Source: the human T2T-CHM13v2.0 reference genome, Homo sapiens
DNA: 64,000 nt
Direction: 5' to 3' (one strand)
NCBI RefSeq assembly: GCF_009914755.1
Contig: NC_060935.1
Shown here: positions 15,861-35,400 of the stretch, piece after piece
How the letters are laid out: each line of letters opens with the position of its first letter
Numbering within the stretch: position 1 is the stretch's first letter
Translations under genes and position numbers: made by a program
The notes under the pieces: generated by a model
Database searches by the model: none
What the model saw: the letters and a program-made list of their open reading frames with translations, nothing else
Told to the model about the DNA's origin: nothing

Positions 15861-17769
15861 ATGGCAAATAGAATTAGCTTTTAATCTTCTCCAGAAAAAT
15901 TACTTGCTGGTAATTTGATTGTTAAATATTGTAAATCATACAATTAGGAAGGTCTTTTACTTTATTCACACTTTTGCATTACTAGTCACCTAATCTTATA
16001 TCAACACCCTAATTTAGCACTGAATAAAATCAGGCCTTCTATTTTTTATTTGCAGCTAAGTTTGAGAAACTGTGCCTGGAGAGGGGATAGAGCAGTTTTC
16101 AGTTTCTTCCACATCTCCTATCTCCCCTAAAATAAATATCTTGGGCAACTCACCCAGCCCAATTAAAAAGGAGGATTTCGTGTTACAGATGGCCCTTTAT
16201 TAATTATGATCTACCATAATTTACTTTTAATAACTCAAGATAATCATAGAAACGTAGATTCACAAAGCTGAACAGGGCTTTATGTTCATCTAGTTCAGAA
16301 TTCACATTTTACACTTAAGTAAATCTGTCTTCATTTGGACTCCTTACTTAAACCACTTGCTTCCCCTTTACTTTGAGGGAGAGAGTTTGACATGGGCATC
16401 CTGCTTCTTAGCCATTGCTTGCCTGCCTGTGCTTCCATTTACTTATCCAGAGAGTGACAGTGTTACAAGCAATTCAGGATGAGGACGTTAATGAGCACAC
16501 TTTGCCAAATGCATGGTGCTTCACCTAACTCAACTTAGCCATTGTATAATCTTCAAGTCCATAGGCACATTTTAGCAACATAAATCAAGGTGAAACATGT
16601 TTGTTTCCAAAAAACAATACTATTCATGTAAATATTAATCTCTCATTGATCTTGAATTACCTGGAATTTATTAATTTGTGACCTAGCCTGAAAGTTCCCT
16701 GAATTTTACATTTCCTTATCAATACCTACATCTATATATAATTGCTGTTTGCTATCTGAATAATGGGGCCTCACACATTACAATGTGGAGGGTTTTCAGT
16801 TCAGATTTGGTGTAACATAATGAAGAAAAAAATGACTAGGCATATCATGCATGTAATCCTCAAATAGATGACAAAAATCCAATTCAGTGTAGAGTAACTG
16901 CACACACCAGCATTAACAGAAGTCCCTAGTACATACAAGACAGGCCTCTAGCCAGAGGAAATGTAGTGGCCCAGATAGTGAAAATGACAACTTTGGCCTG
17001 AGGTAAACAGGCAGCATACTGTTACATTCTAGACACAAGGCAAGCAGCTATCGAGAACTGCAGCGTTTTTCTAAAGTGTATTCATGCAGTTTTAGGATAT
17101 CATGACTTTTCAGAAGGAGGGTAATGCATTCTGATACCACCATCTTAGAAAAGATAAGAGATTACGGCTTTACGTGCCTAGAAAATAGGAAAGGAAGATG
17201 TTATTATTGTCTTAAATATTGAATACAGTGTATTTTCACATTGTCAAAAAATAAAACAAAATATGCATATTTTGTGTGCATACAACACACTTTCTAATAG
17301 CAACTGAACACATCAGGTATTATTTAAAAGCTTCCTCTAATTTGCAATAATAGGCGATAATGGGATTTTCAAGATTAATATGCTAAACCATTGAAATGAT
17401 GAAGCAGAGCATACATATCCCCTTGTAGTGGTTATTTAGAGATAGAAAACAAATGAATATTACTTTTTTTTACTGTATATATAAAAGGTTTATTTTCTGG
17501 CACTGATTCTTCTTGCTAAAATACTGTTTAAATAAATCAATGTGTAGGGATAATGGCTACCATCCAAAGACCACTATATTAACATTTATATTAAGAATAC
17601 AAATGATACAAGATAATTAGGTAGCTTCATTTTGATATGTGAATGGCCTTGCAATGCTTTGTAAAACACAGACAAACAGACATTACTACTGCGTTTTTAT
17701 AAATCACAGATGCAGAATAATACATTTTTTTCTAAACTACAGGGCATGTACTCTTTTTATAAGATAATA

Positions 17770-18182
17770 TTTAATTATTTTTCATTGAAAAATAAAAATT
17801 GTACATATTTACCATGTACAACATATGGTTTTGAAATATGCATGCATTGTGGAATGCTAAACTGAGATAATTTACATATGCATTACCTTATATACTTATC
17901 TTTGTGTGTGTGTGTGGTGAGCTCACTTAAAACCTACTCTCTTAGCAATTTTCAAGAATACAATACATTGCTACTAACTATAGCCATTATGTTGTATATC
18001 TATTGAACGTATTCTTCCTGTCTTAACTGAAGGTTTATATTATTTCGCCAGCATCTCTCCAACACCATAATCCCACCCCACCATTCTACTCTCTGCTTCT
18101 ATGAGGTCGACTTTTTAAAAATCCACATATAAGTGAAATTATATGACATTAGTCATCCTGTGCTTGGCTTCTTTCACTTATT
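17770..18182 (-). mobile_element. L1MA-type 3' end
   Basis: Antisense L1MA 3'UTR: aattgtacatatttaccatgtacaacat...cttagcaattttcaagaatacaatacattg. Confidence 0.8.
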
Positions 18183-18504
18183 CAAATTTCCTAATGAAAT
18201 AGCTGCACTATTGTTCTTTGAATTATAGTCTTTGTTGATGTCACTGTGCAATACTACAAAGAATTGTTATGAATAAATGGGTTGTTATGAAATAGTTCAG
18301 TGGAACACTGAACTGGGTTCAGTTCAGAGAAAGAGGTTGTTACGAATCTTTCACTGACTCCTTAATTCTCAAGTCTTTATGAGAAGTAGCTCTCAGCTAT
18401 AGCTGCCAACCATATTAGTATAATCTGGAAAAAAAATTCTTTAAATACCTACAACCCAATCTCACTTAATGTTCATTTCTCAGAATATTAGAAAACAAAA
18501 GATA

Positions 18505-18730
18505 CAAAAAATAAGATCTGAGTTAAAACCTCAATATATTACTAATACCAAGGATAAGTCACTTAATATTTTAAGCAAAACATTAATCTGTAAAATGGGT
18601 TTCCTAACTTGCCAAATGCTAACTTCTTATAGGGATAGGTTTATGTGAGGATTAAATGAGGTAAGGGATGTGACAGAACTTGAAAAAGCACAAATTGCTA
18701 TGCAAGTGTAAGGTCTTATTATTGTAATTA
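18505..18730 (+). mobile_element. MIR
   Basis: ataagtcacttaa...atctgtaaaatggg...gtgaggattaaatgag. Confidence 0.7.
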
Positions 18731-20375
18731 AAATTAACGTAAGAAATTGAATGACTACTAAGCCAGTCCTTATGTGCTTCTAAAAAAAATCTGGGCAATT
18801 TATCAACATATCTAAATTAAGTATTAATAAGCAGAGGGTGTATGTAGAATGACTGAAGAAAAGATCAGAATTTAGGGAAACAATGCTATTTGAATGGAGA
18901 CTGTATATGTGTGGGTGGGGGAGCACTTCTCAGCAGAAAACTGCATTGCCCCATACAGGAAAGTCGTCCAAGCATTACTTAATTCTAGCTTTTTATTGAC
19001 TGAGCTAATTTTCAACTCTATAAGTGGTAGGTCTCTAGTAGACCTTTGAATTATGTCTTGCATAGTAGAGGTTCAACACACTTCCTTTCCAGTCTGTATT
19101 AAGACCAGTTTTGCCACCCTTTACGTATTTCTTTCAACATTCCTGATCTATAAATGTGCCTGCTTATACAGTCCTCTTTGAACCAGTTATAACATGTGTC
19201 TGGCAACCACATTAAATGAGTAGATATTAAAATGTGTTTATTTTAAATCTGTATGAGAGTTACAATTTTTTCCTTTTCTGAAAATTATATTTTAACAGCA
19301 CCAAGGAAGAAATGTCAGCGAAAGAGAGGGCAGTCAATTATCATATGAACAAGCAAAACTACAAAGAAAAAGACATGTCCCTGAGAACAAAGGAGAAAAA
19401 CGATTTGGAGAAATAGCTCAGGGGTGTCTGGTAAATTGAAAGAGGTTAAGAATGTATTGCATTTAGCAACCAAGTAACCATTGGTATCTTTACAAGAGTA
19501 TTTTATAACATATTGAGGTTAAGTACAATGCAGACTTTAGATGAGCAGGTGAGAAGTGGCAAAGGAAAGCATCAAAGCAAGCCTACCTTTTCTTTAACTT
19601 TTCTTTTTCTGAAACTTACTCTTCTGTATCTGTAAAAATAATAAATGCTCACTGTAAAAAAATACAAAAAAGTAAAAAAAGAATGCAAAGCTCTTCTGAA
19701 AGTTTACTGACTTGAACATCTTTCCATACATTCCTCTAAATGCATATAACTTAAAATAATGGAACCATAATGTATCTACCTACTATTAGGTACGTAACTT
19801 AATTTTGTTTCATCACTTAATCTTCCTAGTTAAACTTTTTGTATTTATTTCAATTTTGACAGCTTAGTTATGCGTCCTCCTGGCAAAGAAAGGGAAAGTA
19901 AGGAGATAGATAATTTGAATATATGTACATGCTTCTCTTATTCTTATAACACTCACATCTGTATGACAGTTTATAGTTCACATAGTATCTTCCCATGATT
20001 TATTTTATTTAATCCTTAAACTCTATGAGATAAGACGAGGCATTTTTGTCCTTAGTTGACAATGAAAAAAAATAAGGATTGATATGGTGAAATATCCTGC
20101 TCAAAGTCACAAAACTGTTACTCAAGTCCTTCATTCAACAAAATTATGCCAGAGACCATTAAAATAAAAATGATTAGAAAGTGATATTTGCTGTTCTCTC
20201 TGTAATTCAAAATTTATTGAGAGAAAAGCATATAAATAAGCACAAGCAAATCATTCAGAGGTCCTATAGGAGATGCCTAAACAAGGTAAGAGAGAGTAGT
20301 CACTTTTTTTGTTGTTGTTGTTTGATAATAGGCTATGCCTTGCAAAGCAAAATAGAATAATTGTATCATTAACTG

Positions 20376-20409
20376 GAGAGAGAGAGAGAGACAGAGAGAG
20401 AGAGAGAGA
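20376..20409. repeat. (GA)n microsatellite
   Basis: Read directly from the sequence. Confidence 0.95.
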
Positions 20410-21084
20410 CTCCAGTTTAAAGGAGATCTGGTGAGAAATGGGGTAATGCGCTCCTTAGGGACTTCTTCTTGAGATATGTACTTACATAGAAAGAAATAAA
20501 CTTGATGTCAAGATTTTACTGAATTTTTGTGAACAAGCAGAGTTTGTGGACATCTTTTCAAGGTAAAAGCCTGTCATGTAGACAAAATGAAGATGAGTTA
20601 GAGAGCTTTACCAAAACACTATAAAGTATGCATGTCATGTTCTTCAATTTCAAAGATTCATGCTGTTCATTCTAACTCAGAAAAACAGGCAATTGCTAAA
20701 GAAAAATTATTTTAAGCTGAAATTTTCAGCAAGCTCACAGTAATTTCAGGTATCTTCATAATGGTAGAGAGGGCAAGATGCATCAATATGTAAACTGGCT
20801 CAAAGACTGGAGAAATTAATATTTAAGCAGGCGACTGAAGTCTACCCTGTTCACTCAAGAAGTGAAGAGGCAATAACAGGTAATAGAACCCAGCAAAAAC
20901 AAGGTGCCTTGTGGAGGTCATGGAAATGGAAAAGAAAACCAGTGAAATAAAAAATTTCATGAAAAAGGTTCTAGTCTGAACTGAGAGAAGCCAATAGTAC
21001 ACTGTAGAATTGGATTCAGAATTGCTTTCAAAGTTTTACTCTCCTACTTGGATATGAAATTTTTTTTTTCCTTTCAAATAACAA

Positions 21085-26560
<5,476 letters not shown>

Positions 26561-26570
26561 TGAAATAGTC

Positions 26571-28455
26571 AAACTCATGTCGTGGGGGTTTGTTGTACAG
26601 ACTACTTCTTTACCCAGGTATTAGGCCCAGTACTCATTAGTTATCTTTCCTGAGTCTCTCCCTCCTCCCACTCTCCACACTACAATAGAACCCAGTGTCT
26701 GTTCCCCTCTATGTATCCATGTGTTCTCATTATTTAATTCCTACTTATAAGTGAGAACATGTTGTATTTGGTTTTCCGTTCTTGCATTAGTTTGCTAAGG
26801 ATAATGGCAACCAGCTCCATCCATGTACCTGCAAAGGACATGATCTCATTCTTTGTTATGGCTGCATAGTATTTCATAGTGTATGTATACCATGTTTTCT
26901 TTATCCAGCGTACCATTGATGGGCATTTAAGTTGATTCCATGTGTTTGCTATTGTGAATAGTGCTGCAACGAACATTTTCTGCATATGGCTAGCCAGTTT
27001 TCCCAGCACCATTTATGGAATAGGGAGTCTTTTCCCCATTGGTTGTTTTTGTCAGCTTTGTCAAAGATTACATGGTCATAGGTATATCATCTTATATATC
27101 AGCTCTCTATTCTGTTCCATTTATCCATGTCCCTGTTTTAGTACAAGTACCATGCTGCTTTGGTTATTGTAGTCTTGTAATATAGTTTGAAGTCAAGTAA
27201 CATGATGCCTCCAGTTTTGTTGTTTTTGCTTAGTATAGTCATGGCTATTCAGGCTCTTTTTTGGTTCCAAACTATTTTAAAATAGTTTTTATTTTTCTAG
27301 TTTTGTGAAGAATGTTGTTGGTAGTTTGAAAGGAGCAGCACTGGATCTATAGAATGCTTTGGGCAGTATGGGCATTTTCATGATATTGATTCTTCTTATC
27401 CATGTGCATGGAGTGTTTTTCCATTTGTTTGTGTCTTCTCTCATTTCTTTGAGCAGTGTTCTGTAATTCTCATTGTAGATATCTTTCACCTCCCTGGTTA
27501 GCTGTATGCCTCCGTATTTTATTCTTTCTGTGGCAATTGTGAATAGGACTGCCTTCTTGATTTTTTCTTGGCTTGGCTGTTGTTAGTGTATAAGAATGCT
27601 AGTGATTTTTGTACATTGATTTTGTATCCTGAAACTGTTGATTGTTTATCAGCTGAAAAAATTTTGGGCGGAGACTATGAGGTTTTCTAGATAGAGAGTC
27701 ATGTGGTCTTCAAACAAGGATACTTTGACTTCCTCTGTTCTTATTTGGATACCCTTTATTTCTTTCTCTTGCCTGATTGCTTTGGCTAGGACTTCCAAGA
27801 GGGCATCCTTGTCTTGTGTTGGTTTTCAAGAGGAATGCTTCCAGCTTTTTCCCTTTCAGTATGATGTTGGCTGTGGTTTTGTCATAGATGACTCTTATTA
27901 CTTTGTATTACGTCCCTTTAATACTTAGTTTTTGAGAATTTTTAACATGAAGGGATGTTGAATTGTATTGAAAGTCTCTTCTGCATTTATTGAGATAATC
28001 ATGTGGTTTTTGTCTTTAGTTCTGTTTATGTGATAAATCACATTTATTGATTGACGTATATTGAACCAATCTTTCATCCCATGGATAAAGCCCACTTGAT
28101 TGTGGTGGATAAGCTTTTTGATATACTGCTGGATTCGGTTTGCCAGTATTATTTTGAGGATTTTTGCATTGATGTTCATCAAGGAAATTGGCCTGAAGTT
28201 TTCTTTTTTGTGTGTGTCTTGGCCAAGTTTTGGTATCAGTATTATGCTGGCCTCATAAAATGAGTTAGAGAGGAAAGCTTCCTCCTCAGTTTTTTGGAAT
28301 AGTTTCAGCAGGAATGGTACCAGCTCTTCTTTGTATGTCTGATAGAATTCATCTCTGAATTTTTCTGGTTCTGTGCTTTTTTTGGATGCTAAGCTTTTTA
28401 TTACTAATTGAGTTTTGGAGTTTGTTATTGGTCTGTTCAGGAATTCAATTTTTTC
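26571..28455 (-). mobile_element. Older L1PA (L1PA13-like) 3' fragment with an internal deletion
   Basis: Antisense 3'UTR and ORF2. ORFs 27925..28182, 27289..27489 and 26734..27012 are ORF2 peptides. Confidence 0.9.
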
Positions 28456-29790
28456 CTGGCTCAGTCTTGGAAGAGTAAAATATACTGTTTCATAAGCATG
28501 TTATTGATCAGCATTTAATAATCAATATTTATATTCTGGGAGGAGATAAATTACCTCTCTCATTTTTTTTTCTGCAGCACATAGAAGAATACCTCAGACA
28601 TATAAGGTTTTCCATTTCATTTTAATACATAAATCAGTATAATACTCATTACACTAATCTCACATGTATACTTATATGTGTATTTTAGATAATTCTGTAC
28701 AGATTAATGAAAAGAAAACATTTATTTATTCATCCACTTGTGACTAAGGTATCCATCTGTTCAACAAATGTTTATTGAAACTATATTGTTCTAGACATTA
28801 TAATAGTAATGAATGCAGGAATGGACAATGTCTTCCTTGTGTTTTTAGTATAACCACAGATATACCATTAAGCAACTATTAAAACAGAGAGTGATAAATG
28901 CTATAATAGGGAAAAAACAGGTGCTGATACCCAAAAGCCCTATAGGTTAATTTGGAGTTTCAGAGAAGGTTTTTACCAGGAAATAATAAGTTGACATTAA
29001 GAACAAAATGATAGTAAGAAGTTACCCAAACTAAAAGGTAGCAGAGAAGCACATCAAATGGCCATCCCACATAGAGATATGTTGAATGCACACGAAAAAG
29101 AAAGAACAATGAAGAGATGAAGGGGATTGAGTGTGACGAGATCAGAGAGAAAGAGGTGGCTAGACACTGGGCAAGTCATGGCTTGACTATGACAGACTCT
29201 ATAATCAAATCTGGAAGTAAATATTTTACCCTAAGGAAAGTGGACAAAGATTAGAGTATAAAAGCAGAAAAACATATAGAGACAGGGTGTCCAGTAAGAA
29301 TATATGAGAATATTCTTGAGTTAAATAATATTAGCTTTAATGGAAATGTTGGCAATGAAAATGGAAAATAGGAAAATGTATAAATAAGTAGAAATAAATT
29401 GAACATTCATGAACAATTAATGGATCAAAGAAGAAACCAAAAAAAAAAAAAAAAAAAAAACTAAGCCCAAGTTAGCAGAAGGAAGCAAATAAGATAGATT
29501 ACAGTAGAAATAAGTTAAATAGAGATTAGAATAATAACAGAAAAGGTGAACCAAACTAAGAGCTAGTTTGTTGAAAACATGAGTAAAATTTTAAAACATT
29601 TAGTTAGACTAAGAAAAAATAGAGAAGACACAAATAAATAAAATGAGAAATGGATAATAAACCTGGCCAGGAGAGAAAGATATTAGTCCTGAAAGTAGGA
29701 ACAGGAAGCAGTTAAATCCCAGATGAAGCAGCACAGCTGAGTGACTTTCCCTGCTTGCCTCTTTTCCCTGCCTGAGAAGGAAGCTGAGAG

Positions 29791-29799
29791 TTTTTTTTC

Positions 29800-29830
<31 letters not shown>

Positions 29831-29868
29831 CTTTTCTTTTCTTTTCTTTTCTTTTCTCTTCTTTTTTC
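29791..29868. repeat. (TTTTC)n microsatellite
   Basis: Read directly from the sequence. Confidence 0.95.
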
Positions 29869-31889
29869 CCTGCCCTGGGACCTGATAGCTTCACTGATGA
29901 ATTCTACCAGATATTTAATAAAGAATTAATATCAATCTTTTTTCAAAGTCTTCCAAAAATAAAAAGAAAGGAAAGAAGACTTTCAAACTCATTTCACAAG
30001 GCTAGTATTACCCTGATACTAAAGCCAGACAGATAAATAATTTAAAAACACTTACAGGCCAATATCTGTCATGAACATAGATACAAAAATTTTAACAGAA
30101 TACCAGCAAACTGAATTCAACAAACTATTAAAAGGCTGATATACTGTCATCAAGTGGGATTGATTCCTGAAATTCATGGATGGTTCAATATACACAAATT
30201 AATAAATGTAATACACCACATTAATAGAATGAAGGATGAAAATCATGTGATCATCTCAATATATGCAGAGAAAGTATTTGATAAAAAGCAACATCCTTTC
30301 ATGTAAAAAATTATCAACACATTATGTACAGGAGAAATGTACCTCAACACAACAAGCCCACAGCTAATATCATACTCAATGTTGAATGTTGAAAGCTTTT
30401 TTTCTAAGATCAAAAAACAAGACAAGAATTTCCCCACTTGCAACTTCAATTCAACATTGTTCTGGAAGTCCTAGTTAGAGGAATTAGGTAAGACAAGGAA
30501 ATAAAAGGCATCCAAAATGGAAACGATAGAGTAAATTTTTTCTGTTTGCAGATAACATGATTTTATACTAAGAAAATCCTAAAGACTTCACCAAAACACT
30601 GTTAGAACTAATAAATGAATTCAGTGAAGTCACAGGATACAAATCAACATATAAAAATCGATTGCATTCCTATGTACTAAAAACAAACTATCCAAAAAAT
30701 AAATTAAGAAAAAAATTCATTGAAAATACCACTCAAAAAGAATAAAATACATAGCAATAAATTTAATAAAATGAATGACATATCTGTATATTGAAAATTC
30801 TGATATTGATGAAGATTTAGGAAGACAAAAATAAATGCAAAGATATCCTCTGTTCATAGATCAGAGGAATCAATATTGTTAAAGTGTTCATACTACCCAG
30901 AAATGTAATCTCTATCAAAATTTCAAGGGCATTTTTCACTGAAATAAAAAAAAAAACCAAATCCTAAAAGTCACATGGAACCACAAAAAACTAAATAGCC
31001 AAAGTCGTAAGAATGGCAAGAAAAACAAAGCTGGAGATATCAAACTGCTTGATTTTTAAATATACTACAAAGCTAAAGTAATTGAAGCAGTATGGTGCTG
31101 CCATACATATGGGGATATACACTAATGGAATAAAACAGAAAGCCTAGAAATAAATCCACACATTTATGGTTAATTCATTTTTGGCAAAGGTACCAAGAAC
31201 ACACAGTGAGGAAAGAAAGGATAGTCTCTTCAATAAATCCTGCTGGAAAAACTGTATATTCACATACAAAAATAATGAAATTGGATCTTTATCACACACT
31301 ATTTAAAAAATCATTGCAAAATGGATTGAAGGCCCAAAACTGTAACAATACTAGAAGAAACCTTAGGGAAAAAGCTTCATGATATTGATCTGGGAAATGT
31401 TTTTTTGGATATGACCTCAACGTACAGGCAGCAAAAGTGAAAATGGACAAATGGGATTATATCAAACCAAAAATCTTCTATACAATAAAGGAAACAACAG
31501 AGTGAAAACACAACCAATGGAACTGCAGAAAATATTTGCAAACCATGCGTTTGATGAGGGTTTACTATACAAAATGTATAAGTAACTTAAAAATTTCAAT
31601 AGCAAGAAAGCAAATACACTGATTAAAAAATGGGCAAAGGAGCAGAATAGACATTTTTCAAAAGAAGACATACAAATGGACAACTGGTGTATGAAAAAAT
31701 GCTCGGCCTTACTAATTAGGGAAATGCAAATTAAAACCACAATGAGATATTACTTTGCAACTGTTAGAATGGCTAAGATATATACATGTGTGTAAATGTG
31801 TATGTATGTATACAGAAACCTGGGTCAATGTACACTGAGTGTCAAAAGTGCCTTTTGTTGGCCAGTTAAATGACCCTTTGTATATAGGC

Positions 31890-31923
<34 letters not shown>

Positions 31924-31957
31924 TGTGCATATATATGTGTGTGTGTATATATATATA
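31890..31957. repeat. Compound (TG)n/(TA)n microsatellite
   Basis: Read directly from the sequence. Confidence 0.95.
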
Positions 31958-34900
31958 ACACAACAGAATACCATGCTTTACATGCTTAATCTTAAACACA
32001 AAGAAGTCTTAAACACAAGGAAATCTTGTCATTTGTGACAGCATGGATGTACCTGGAGAACATTTTTGTTAGGTGAAGTAAGCCAGGCTCAAAAAGCAAA
32101 TACTGCATGATCTCACTCATATGTGGAACTAAAAAAAGTCAAACTTACAGAAGCAGAGTAGAATGGTGGTCTTCATGGTCTGGGGTGTGGGAAAATAAAG
32201 TGATGTTGGTCAAAGGGTACAAAGTGTCAGTTATGCAGAGTGAGTAAATCCTGGAGACCTAATCTATAACTTGATGAATATAGTTAATACACTATTATAT
32301 GTTTAAAATTTGCTAAAGGAGTGGATCTTAAATGTTCTCCAGATCCCCACACACACTCAATGGTAAGGATCTTAGATAATGGATATATTAATCAATTTGG
32401 TTCTGGTAATCATTTCATAATGTACACTTGTATCAAACCATTCTATTATACACATTAAATAGATACAGTTTTTTGTCAATTATACCCAATAAAGCTAGAA
32501 AAAAAAAAGAAGATGAAAATCATGGAGTTTTGAGAGATATAGGATTTACAGGTTGACTTGATGTGGATATACAAAATAAGAGAGAAGTCAAGGGGAGCTC
32601 CCTGTTTCTGGCTTTGACAATGAGCTGGATGCTAGTACCCTTCACTACAAGGAGAAATCAATATGTATTACAAATTAGCTACACAGGAACGGGTTGACAT
32701 CACATTTGAACCTGTTGTTTGTGTAATACATCCACTGGTGACATTGAATGAAGGGTTGGGTTTATGGTTATAGAGCTCAGGAAATACAGATTTTGGAGTC
32801 TTAGCCTTATACATGAACACTGAATCCTTAGAAATAAATAAGATATTCCAGATAAAGCGTGTAAAGCATCGCAAGTGAGGCTAGAAATGAGGAATTGAGA
32901 ATGCCAAATGTAAAGTGAGTTGCAGGAGAAGAGCCTGCTTTTGAAGAATCTGTGAATAAAGTGCCTCAGAATACAGAGACTATAGGAGGGAAACGTCTGC
33001 AGTGATATTTGCTTGAAACAAGTTAACTTTTACTTTGGCTTATGAATAATTGGTGTCCCTGTCAAGAGCATTTCCCATGAATTAATTATGAGAGAAGTCA
33101 CACAACAGTAGTTCCAGAAATGTGTGAGAATTAGAAAATGAAGGCTGTAAAATGCAACAAGCTATTGAATGGACAGGAATCTTAGAATTTTAAAGTCAAA
33201 GAAATGCTGACCACAGTTAAGAGATATCAGAAGAGAAGAATCTGTGGTTATGCAAAATAGTTATACAACAGTTATACAAAGGCCAGCTGGCTCTTATTAA
33301 ATAGAAAATGCGGGAAAAGTGGAGGAATGGCATGCAATATTCAAAAACTCCTGTTGCTTTCTACAATTATCATTGAAAGTCACATAGTACATCCTTACTA
33401 ATGTTTAGTGTCTTGTCCTTATGTGATATTTGTAAGAGCACGGCTCCTTTTTCTGTATTATTGACCAGCCTTCACATTTTATTTGGGAGTATAATTTAAT
33501 TTTATAAGACATGTGGAAAATAAAACTTTTACCAAATAGTCTTTTAAGAATCTAAATGGATACAGTTAACTGTTTCCAACGTGAAACCTCACTGATTAAA
33601 CAAACATGTATTGAGTGACTGCTAAATGCCAGGTACTGAACACATAGAAGAAAATAAAGCATTTTTTAAAAACTAAACAAACAAATAAAAAACTGCCCCA
33701 TGGTGTTAACATACAACCTTCACTTATAAAATTTTATGTTTACCTTAAATTTCATGTAGTTTCATAAACAAATCCATTAAATTTCATGTTATGTGATGAG
33801 ACCTGTCATTTCTTATTCTTTTCCCTAACCCTCAATATCTCATACAGTTCTCTGAGTAAATGGAATTAATATTAAAATGACCTACTTAATTATTACCACA
33901 TTTACTAAAATATTGGGAATTAAATAATTAAAGATATTTACTAATATGAGAATTGGATTGGTTTCAAATATGAAGTAGCCATATCATCTGACTATATTTT
34001 ATGTAAGTTGAGCTGGCCCAATTTGTGATAATAAGGACAAAATCTCAGAGATCCTCTAAGGGAGAACGCAGTAATCTTTATTAATTCCCCATCTTTGATT
34101 CAACCATTTTGACTTATTTTTCCTATTTTTAGAAATTTTAAGGAAAGCACTTTACCATAAGTTGACCCTGATTAGTACCACTTTTCCTTATGTGATTCTC
34201 CATGAAGTTACAGAAAGGACAATAATAATTATTACCATTTACTTTCACTGTTATTTTACAATGAAACACAATCTGTGAAAATAAAAATGAAAGTCCTATC
34301 TAAAGTAAATATCTTCTCCCTGCTACAATATAGATTGTGGTTTAATTTTCAAACATATATTTTAAATTCATATTTGAAGTGAAAACTGTTTTTTGTTTGT
34401 TTGTTTGTTTGGGGGATGCAAAATTTAGTAGCACAAATAACCTTTACATGTTTCCAATGAACTAGCATAGATGAGTCACTGAGGTAAAAGCTGTCACTAT
34501 TGAGTTTGTACCAACTCTACTGTAAACATAGAAAGGTTATAATGTGGTAATATATTGTGGCTAAAAGACAAAGTTTAGCAATATTATGTATTTGAAAGTT
34601 TAATTTTAGTTTAGTATATTTTTCATTTCATAAATTTGAAGTAAAAGTAGAAAGGAATAATGATAAAATGATGAGGTTCTCAACACTTCAGGCAATTTGG
34701 AAATTCTCTAATTAGCAATAATTGCAGAATCAGCGCTTACTACACACTTGAAATAAATGCCTCTTTAAACAAACTACAATTTAAATATTTCTCATACAAA
34801 TATAGAAAACAACGTTGTCTTAAAAGGAAATAAAATAAAAACGTACTGATAAGCTGCTGAGTTAATTGCTGTGTTCAAATTGTCCTATCTATTTTTACCT

Positions 34901-35400
34901 TTAAAAATGTATGCCCTACTCTTTTATTACCATCTGCAGAGATGAAAAACTATAATTTTTGCACTTGAATTAAAGCCATGCTCACCTACTTTAAAAATAA
35001 TAACTGATACTTCATGTCTCATGATATCAAGGAAAAAGTAGAATAAATCCATATTAAATTAATAATAACATAATTAATGTATTTATGCTACCATACCATA
35101 TTAAGTGTTTTGAGAAAAGGGACAAAATACTTCTAGTTTATTGTTTTGATTGTTGGAAGGATCCAGAAGCAAATAATTTCTAAATAGTAGTTTTTTCTTA
35201 TTTCTTAATTTGTAGTATTTACTTTTTTTCATTGTGGTTTTGATTTTAAGTTTATTAGAAATAGAAATTATAATGTTGTGTTTCAGGGTGTATGTAAGGT
35301 ATTAATTTTAGCTTGTTAACCAATGAGTGCACTTTTCTTTTTCCTGCAACAACTTGCTCTCTCAGCTGGACTTCTTTCTATCTAACCAGATACTTTCAAG

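Larger units (their letters stand above)
29375..32510 (+). mobile_element. L1MA-type 5'-truncated element (ORF2, 3'UTR and A tail)
   Basis: ORF2 motifs throughout; ends tcaattatacccaataaagctagaaaaaaaaaaga. Confidence 0.88.
28745..33200 (-). mobile_element. L2 element split by an L1MA insertion (L2 parts ~28745-29360 and ~32510-33200)
   Basis: ttcaacaaatgtttattga L2 tail; the L2 body resumes after the L1 poly(A) (gagagaagtcaag...gtttctggcttt). Confidence 0.6.
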
